Assembly (NCBI GenBank): GCA_964016885.1
Contig: OZ024752.1
Coordinates: 16,182,001-16,246,000, forward strand
Length of the DNA stretch: 64,000 nucleotides
Reading direction: 5' to 3'
DNA from: Eledone cirrhosa
Lineage: Eukaryota
The notes under the pieces were generated by a model. It had not been told where the DNA came from. It saw only the letters and a program-made list of their open reading frames with translations, and did not search any database. A program made the position numbers and the translations under genes. Shown here in pieces: positions 55,576 to 64,000 of the stretch. Numbering within the stretch: the stretch's first letter is position 1; every line of letters starts with the position of its first letter.

Positions 55576-55907
55576 ATATTAATTCAAAATATTAACAAAA
55601 TAGATATTCTTGTGATCAAGTATATTTTATTATACATATTTCAGAGCTACTGAGTTAACTTCAAAAGTACGCCCTCATCAGATAAAATAAGATGATGCAT
55701 GACTTACCCTGACATAGTAGATGGTTAAGATTCAGTGATGGTAGACTACCATGACTGAATCTTAACCATCTACTATGTCAGGGTATGTCATGCATCATCT
55801 TATTTTATCTGATGAGGGCGTACTGTTGAAGTTAACTCAGTGCCTCTGAAATGTGTATAATAAAATATACTTGATCACAAGAATATCTATTTTGTTAATA
55901 TTTTGAA

Positions 55908-55914
<7 letters not shown>
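55576..55914. repeat. 339-bp palindrome with a hammerhead in each arm
   Basis: Symmetric about 55745 with a few mismatches; between (TA)n tracts; same family as 6341-6687. Confidence 0.92.
55801..55867 (+). ncRNA. Type I hammerhead motif
   Basis: tattttat-CTGATGA-GGGC..GCCTCT-GAAA-tgtgta-TA-ataaaata; 8-bp stem I. Confidence 0.7.
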
Positions 55915-55950
<36 letters not shown>

Positions 55951-55953
<3 letters not shown>

Positions 55954-56150
55954 TATCCCAGGTTCAATCCGGGGTAACCACAGTAAGTAATGTACTCAAT
56001 ACATAGCAGGGTATAAATATTTAATATAAAATGGCTTCTATATTAAATAGACTAGAACTCTTCTGTTTCATTCGGGAGAAATCATCAGGAAAGCCCTGAT
56101 GATTTCTCCCGAATGAAACAGTTCTAATGCTGTAGAAGCCATTTCTATAT

Positions 56151-56157
<7 letters not shown>
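55951..56157. mobile_element. Short hairpin element (palindrome 56017-56157) with a hammerhead core next to the apex
   Basis: ..gtttcattcgggagaaatcatcag gaaagcc CTGATGAtttctcccgaatGAAAC..; same family as 57607-57797; inside (TA)n. Confidence 0.8.
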
Positions 56158-56227
<70 letters not shown>

Positions 56228-57339
56228 CCCCTCTCACTCTGTTTTTTTTTTAATCTGTTTCTTTATATATTCCGTATAATTCTGTTTATATTTATTTTTA
56301 CCTCGTGTTTTATATTTATTTTTATTACTATTTGTCCTACCCTCTCATGTTCTTCCCGCTAAATCCCTCCTCACTCCCTCTCGCCCCCCCCCCCCCACCC
56401 TACTCTACTGTTGAAGGACTTATATCACACCCCTCACTCTCACCAAGCTAATGAAAATTTGTACCTTTGACTCCTGCGTTTGTTTGTCATTGAACTATAT
56501 ATATATATATATATAGGAACCAGTAAGACCCCGACAGCTGAGCTCAAGCCGTTTCGACGGCTAATTCTGGACTAAATGAAAATTTATCCTGGTATTTAAA
56601 TAGCCGATCTTCTCAAGGGGTAATTCCATATATAGTCAAAGTGATTGTCAAAAATCAGTAGTAATTCTGTGGTTGCCAATTAGTAGGGGAGATGGTGGCT
56701 AAACCTGCCAGTAGGAGAAAGAGGGGAGGGGGTGGAGTAGACCCAATCAAGCGTTAGTAGTGCCAGCTACAGCTGGGCATGAGGTCAAAGAAGATACAGG
56801 GGAGGGGGAGGGGGAGGAAGTCGGAACGGTAGGTAGAACAATGGGGGGTAGAAATATATAGGAAAGAAAAAATACTGAGAGTGAAGAAAAGGAAATAAGT
56901 GTAAAGAAAAAAGTAAAGTAAATTCTACGACCTAGGTCTCTAGCTATTGTTAGGCTAGAATAAATAAATAAAGAAAGAAAGAAAGAAGTAAAGAAAGAAA
57001 CAAAGAAATAACGAAATAAGTAAAAGAACTAGGTGGGACGGATTAGGCAAGGACCCTTTTAAGAGGTATAAGTGCGTAAATGATACGGTGACGGGTCAAC
57101 AAAAGGGGCCAAAATACTAAAGAGACTACCACGAAATAAACAATAAAGGTTTCCATTCCGGGCACAATGCCAGCAACCACCCAGTGCAGCAAAGTGAACT
57201 AGTACGAGATAATAATTCTGAGTCCCGAGAAAATATATATATATATATATATATATCCAGGGAGTGGAACTTGGAGTTACTGTAGGTTCATCCAGGTGAA
57301 CACTCGATGTTTAGGTTCACTTCAGTTACCATTTTAAGG

Positions 57340-57424
57340 GATCTGACGAGCCGCGGTTTACAGAGTCGGGATAGATCGATACAGATCGAATCTTGAGCTG
57401 ATCAGTGGCGAAACGCGCGTCACC
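57340..57424 (+). ncRNA. Minimal hammerhead with long stem II (family of 9685-9769)
   Basis: CTGACGA-GCCGC..GTGGC-GAAAC-GCGC-GTC-acc; stem I weak. Confidence 0.65.
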
Positions 57425-57606
57425 AACCAATGATGAAGGAGTAACCAATCGTCCTTGTTATTTTATTTCACTATATATATATAGGAAAATATGTCACCGA
57501 CGGCAGATCTCAAGCCGCTTCTACTACCCTAAGTATTGAGTACTCTGGTGCGTTATGGTCCGTCTGGTTCCTTACCACATTTCCTTCGTTATATATATAT
57601 ATATAA

Positions 57607-57790
57607 GGTAAGTTATTCCGGGTTGAATCGGAGGTAACCACAGTAAGTAGAGTACTCAATACATAGCAGAGTATAAATGTTTTAATATAGATGAGATTCT
57701 ACAGCACTAGAACTGTTTCATTCTTTAGAAATCATCAGGATTCCTGATGATTTCTAAAGAATGAAACAGTTCTAGTCCTGTAGAATCTCA

Positions 57791-57797
<7 letters not shown>
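57607..57797. mobile_element. Short hairpin element (palindrome 57685-57797) with a hammerhead core at the apex
   Basis: Symmetric about 57741: atcatcagga-t-tcCTGATGAtttctaaagaatGAAACagttctag. Confidence 0.82.
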
Positions 57798-57829
<32 letters not shown>

Positions 57830-57832
57830 CAA

Positions 57833-58416
<584 letters not shown>

Positions 58417-58506
58417 ATATATTTTAAAGAGCTCGGGATTCCTTTTCCTTTGAGCACATAATTTACAGGGAATAACGAGAGTCCATGGCGCCGTTAATTT
58501 ATCTTA

Positions 58507-58539
<33 letters not shown>

Positions 58540-60227
58540 ATATATACCAGCTCCGAACCCAATGGAACTAAATTCTCACTGACACTGCCTCCGACTCTCG
58601 CGTCCTCCCCATCTATCATTATTATGAGCAAATAAGGGCCTACGCGCTGGCCGCCCCACGGCCCAGGCGGACAGAATAGGTTTTTACTCGGAATATGGCA
58701 AAAGCTAATTCATGTGCCCAGTCATCCATGATGTAACATAGCTAAAATAATATCACCATTGAAATTGGATGTAGTAAAACTAATTAAGTAAATGTATAGA
58801 TATAGGATTCGTTCATTAGACATTTTTAATGCCTGATTATTAGATGTTTTAGTTGGTAATACAGCCAAAGGGATTTTTTTCATTTTTAAACCTTATAAAG
58901 CATAATCAATATCCGTTGTTAATACCACTGTTTCCCTAGCAACAAATATAATTAAAGCAATTCATGATTGTCTGTGTTATATTGTTAAAATGATAATGTA
59001 CATTAAGTGATAAAACACTAACAATGGATATTTTAAGCAAATATAATTTAATTCGGAACTATATCATGACAAAAGAAATATTTGAATAACTCCCTCCGTT
59101 AGAACTTAGAATACATTGAGAATATTATCTAGATGATATGGAAAAATATATAGGGAGACATCTTTTGCTATAGTGTTTGATCAGTAAACGCAGCATGACC
59201 GAATTGTTAAGAGGTTCCCTTTGTAGCCATTAGCTCCCGGATTCGATCTGCTTACGGGATATCCTGGGAAAATTCCATCAACCAAAGCCTTAGATTGACT
59301 CATGTCTTTTTCTTTTAATGTATAACACTATTGTTTTTGTTTTTTTTATAAAGCTGTTTATACAAACTGTTAAACGGAACAATTAAAAAATGAAAAGAAG
59401 AAAAACAACTAAGCAACGAAAGAAAGGGAGGGGGTGAGGGATAGACACTACATTCCAATCTGAAGGGTGTTTCGGCTACGCCCCATGGACAAAATGGAAA
59501 GGCATTACTACAGAGAATGGCCAGAGAAACCCGCTACAACAGACACCAGGCTCCTTCCTCAAACGGGATGCTCTGAGTGAAACTAGCTTGACTGAAACTG
59601 TTTGGAAGCCTTGAGTGATACATTATTTCATTGATCTCATTGAACTCATTATTTCATTGATACATTATTTCATGATGAAAGATAAAGTTGGTCTCGGTGG
59701 CATTTGAACTAAGAATGTTAAACGACAGAATAAATACCACAATAACATTTTAATTATTTTTTAATTCCTTTTAATTGTAATATTCAACATTTAGTAAAAT
59801 GGATTACACCGATGCATCGAAACCGGTTATATTTTATATATTTTATAAAACTTCTTTTTAAAAAAAATTTTACTCTCATTTTTTCAATAATGTCACTTTG
59901 ACGGGTCAAAGAAGAAAAAAAGAAAAACAGATTATTTCAATATATTCTCCGTGATTTTTCCAATTCTACCTTCTCTTTCTCATGGCGTTAGCTCCGGTGT
60001 TTTTTGTATAGTGACGGCTTTCTAAATGTCTATCTATAAACATACGGTGTTTCCTTAGAAATACGAAACTATGATATATATATCTGAAGCTAAATCCTAA
60101 TTCTCTCTCTCTATCTATCTATCTCTATCTCTCTATATATATATATATATATATATTTCGTTTCTGAATTTGGTTAGCAAGATTCTTTATCTGAAATCGT
60201 GTGTTGAAACCGATATTGTTATACTTA

Positions 60228-62784
60228 GACGAACACACAGACACACAAAATAGGGTAGATAACAACATTGAGCCAGTGGAAAGAGACAGGAGTAATTATG
60301 AGAGACATAGAAACAACCATGAGGCTGTTGGTGGAAATAGAAATAGAAACAACACAACTAACAATAACAATAGCACTAGTACACATAAAGCAGCAGCCTG
60401 GAACTCTCCGTTTTATAATCCCTCCGATATATCATTCGACCTGCGACGAGGCCACGCCACGACTTTACCATTTAACAAACGCACGCAGTTGCCGTCGCAG
60501 GTCGATGAACAAACAGAAGCACAATTTAGTATAGCTAAATCCGAACTTAGAAATATTATAGAACAGTATAGCAAGAAGCATAATAGAATAGAGGCCCAGC
60601 AACTGGGAGAAGAATCTGCAAATGGCTTGCGTAAGCTCATGCAGCGCTTGCGTAATGGAGAGATAGCATGCTTTCCAACAGACAAGTCTGGCAGAATGTC
60701 GGTTGACAGCCTGCCAAACTACATCCAGGCAATGCAACCCCACATCACTAACACAAGAGAGGTAACACCACAGGAGCATGAGGATAGAGAAAAAGCCCTC
60801 AATGCCCATATGGTGATGTGGACGAATATAATGCAGCCCAACAAAAGGACTGCCAACAACTTCCAGGCCTGGAACAATGACGTGCCGGCGTTGTATGGGC
60901 TTCGAAAAGACCATAAAACGGGCTGTGACCCTGTCGCGGGACCACCAACACGGCCAGTCTGTGGAGCTAACATTGCTAGTAACTACAGACTGTCCTACTT
61001 CCTCTCCCTGATCATACGCCCCATCATTGAGATGTCCCCAGATGTATGTGACAGCACGGAGGACCTCCTCAGCAGAATCGGCGCGAGTAACTGATCTGGG
61101 GACCTAACAAACTGCATAATAGACAGTATGGATGTTGTGTCCCTGTATCCATCTATTGACGTGGATTTTGCTGTGGAGAAATGCGTAGAAATGATCAGCG
61201 AGAGCAAGGTTGAGTTCCGTGGGATTGATACCAGTGAGCTGGGACTTCTACTTAAGCTTACCCATAGTAATAGTTACCTAGACACTTATGACCTTAGCAA
61301 CCTGTGCCCTACAAGACCAGCAAGAGGCAGACCACCTACCATTACCTCAATGGCCAAGAAAACCCACACAGATAGATGGAACGGGTGGACCAGAGCCATA
61401 CGGACACCCGAAAACCACGATGAACTGAATAAAATGATTGCACATGCGGTAGGGGCCAGCATAAAATTAACCCTTAAGGAACATATGTTCAAATTTAATG
61501 GTAAAACATATGCCCAAGAGGAAGGAGCAGCCATTGGTGTTAGCATTGCAGGCGACATAGCTAACTTATTCATGGTATGGTGGGACAGTAGACTTAAACA
61601 AAAACATTAAAGAACAGTTAGAAGACAGCTTAACCCTGATAATGTACTCCCGCTACGTAGATGATATAAACATCGTAGTTAAGACACCCCCACTAAAGAA
61701 CAGTCAGGAACTAGAGAAAAACACAATGGAAAGCATCCAGCAAATAGCAAACTCCATCCACCAGAGCATTAGAGTTACTATAGACTACCCAAGTAGACAC
61801 CCCAACCATCGATTACCTGTACTAGACACAGAGCTCTGGTTAGATACCATTAACAACCAAAAACAAATCCTCCATTCCCATTATGCCAAACCCATGACTT
61901 TCAAACATCTGATCCACCGAAACTCGGCCATTTCGGACCATACCAAAATCAACATACTGATTGCGGATTTGGTACGGGTGATGAGAAATGTGTCCCGCAT
62001 GTGCAACCCCGAAGAACTAGAGAGACACATACAACACTTCATCCACCGTATGCAGTTCTCTGGCTACAATCAGAGAGATAGAATCAGAGTGTATAGAGGA
62101 GCCAGAACCAAATGGGAAAAAATGGTAAATAATGACATAAATGGGACCTGCCCCTTGTATAGGAGCAAATTTTGGAATAGAATAGAAAGAACTAGGAACA
62201 AGGCCAATAGAATAAACTCATGGTATGATAGCAATAAATACCAGAGTGTAATGTTCATCAATACAACCCCTAGAGGCGAACTAGCCTACAAATTTAGAAG
62301 GGCCCTAAATAAACATAAACTCAATATTAAGATAGTAGAAAGACCAGGCACCTCCGTAAAAACACTTATTAGCAAAACATACCCGTTCCAAAGACCCTCA
62401 TGTATAGATAAGAAATGTATAACCTGTAAAATAAGCCCCCATATTAACTGTAAAACTAGAAATGTAGTGTATAGCATAAGATGTACTGAAGGACAATGTA
62501 GAAACAAAAATATAGTGTACATAGGTGAGACAGCTCGTAGTATAGGGGAACGAATAAATGAACACTGGCGAGACCTTCAAGATAATAAAGAATCATCTGT
62601 GCTCTACCAACATGCTAAGATAGAACACATGGGTAGATTAGAGAACATAGAAATAAAAATAGAATCCACACACAGAAAAGATGCAATGTTTAGGCAAATT
62701 ACAGAGGCAGTAAGCATAAAAGAATTACAACCAAAATTAAATAGAAAATATGAGTGGAACAGCAACATCACAACTTACAATTAA
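60228..62784 (+). pseudogene. Penelope-like reverse transcriptase / GIY-YIG endonuclease polyprotein (one in-frame TGA at 61092, one frameshift near 61610)
   Basis: TDKSG, LYGLRKDHK, RPVCGA, MDVVSLYPSI, QEEGAAIG, RYVDDI, LDTELW, Cys linker CIDKKCITC, VVYSIRC..YIGETARSIGERINEH. Confidence 0.93.
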
Positions 62785-62991
62785 GGACAAAATGAAAACA
62801 CACACACACATAGAACAAACAACCAACCAACAATAAATAAATAAATAAATAAACAAATAGATAAATGAACACAAACACACACAGACACCCGGATGTGGCG
62901 CATGCGCAAACTGAGCACACAACACACACACAGAAACAAAATGGCGTAGGATAGAAAAAGGAAAGGCACAGAAACAAAGAAAGGAATCCCC

Positions 62992-63036
62992 AGTCACTGA
63001 AGAGGTCACAGAGTGTGTGACGAAAGGACTATGACT
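62992..63036 (+). ncRNA. Minimal type I hammerhead in the Penelope 3' pLTR
   Basis: agtca-CTGAAGA-g-GTCACA gagtg TGTGAC-GAAA-ggac-TA-tgact; perfect stems I and II. Confidence 0.8.
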
Positions 63037-63194
63037 ATATATAAACAACTATCTGGTTGTGGAACTAACTAACCAACCAGAAATTTATAGGTTTGTAGAT
63101 TTGTAAATTTATAAATTTATAAATATATAATAAATTGAAGTGAAAGCAACTGGTGCGTGTGTTTCTTATTGGCAACATGACCCTCCCAAAGTAT

Positions 63195-63243
<49 letters not shown>

Positions 63244-63257
63244 ACTATGAAATATAT

Positions 63258-63584
63258 TTAACTATGTCGGTGCCACTTCTACAGAAGTTATAAAAGTCGC
63301 TGAAATAACCACAATTTTTCTTTCCGAAGATTTGATAAAAAACTTCTCTTTCAAACCTGACATGGAACTTAAAATGCAAGAATATGGACTATTCATTATC
63401 TTGGGAAACAGCTTCAAAAGCCCCCGCGTACCGAAACACAGCTTCATTTAGATTCTGCAAATTGTGTATTGAGGAAATTTTTTATATACTTAACTGTAAA
63501 AGCTCTATTAATCTAAGAACGAATTTATTTAATTCTTGTAGACATCGCCAGAATTCAACATTCACAATTATATATAACTTATAA
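63258..63584 (+). pseudogene. C-terminal GIY-YIG fragment of a second, different Penelope-like element
   Basis: YVGATST, NNHNFSFRR, SWE..APAY..CKLCIEEIFYI..INLRTNLFNSCRH match the PLE endonuclease C-terminus. Confidence 0.75.
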
Positions 63585-64000
63585 TTATACTTATAATATT
63601 CCTATTAATCTCCATAACAATCTCATCCACTTGGTTTTAATATATTGATATCTCTAAATCATAATATCTCTAACATTTGCTGTACTTCCACTTCTTAAAA
63701 ATGTTCATATAATATATACGTATATAATTCTAATTTTAAAAATTTTAATTTTAATAATTTTTTATTTCTTTAAAAATTACTCATCTCTTAAATAAATTTT
63801 ATTTTTTTCTCAAAAAATTTTCAAAACTTTTTTTTTTTTCAATATTTTTTCAATATTTTTTCAATACTTTTTCAATATTTTTTCAATTCTTTTTCAATAT
63901 TTTCTCAATATTTTTTCAATATTTTTTCACTAACTGATTCTGGCTAAATGTATCTTAAACATCCATACATATTTTGACTAAATAATCTCACACTAACGAA

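Larger units (their letters stand above)
60157..63200 (+). mobile_element. 5'-truncated Penelope-like retroelement (Naiad-like, C-terminal GIY-YIG) in a (TA)n site
   Basis: RT-EN ORF, 3' pLTR region with hammerhead, inverted terminal fragment at the 5' end, (TA)n on both sides. Confidence 0.9.

Noticed and set aside
60268-62580. Overlapping alternative-frame and antisense ORFs in the Penelope element (also 3-1786 in the LINE)
   Set aside because: Shadow ORFs of the retroelement coding strand with no recognisable motifs

Overview
Repeat-dense, AT-rich animal DNA with no intact host gene. The SINE, LINE and Penelope repertoire suggests an octopus or other cephalopod genome (inference). Contents: (1) the 5' part of a LINE with a CCHC zinc-knuckle ORF1 (1-2000, minus); (2) more than 20 tRNA-derived Meta-like SINEs and about 12 CORE-like SINEs; (3) RTE fragments; (4) a SINE-derived 29-bp minisatellite (15.1-16.1 kb); (5) a 15-kb 48-bp satellite with higher-order structure (21.4-36.5 kb); (6) Helitrons; (7) a possible decayed protocadherin pseudogene; (8) a 5'-truncated Penelope-like element (RT + GIY-YIG, Naiad-like) at 60.2-63.2 kb with a 3' hammerhead ribozyme. 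The most striking signal is a set of about 10 long fold-back palindromes or inverted repeats and about 15 type I hammerhead ribozyme (HHR) motifs. They belong to several sequence families and most sit in or next to (TA)n microsatellites. They look like non-autonomous, ribozyme-bearing Penelope-derived hairpin elements. All structures were read by eye; no folding, alignment or database search was run.
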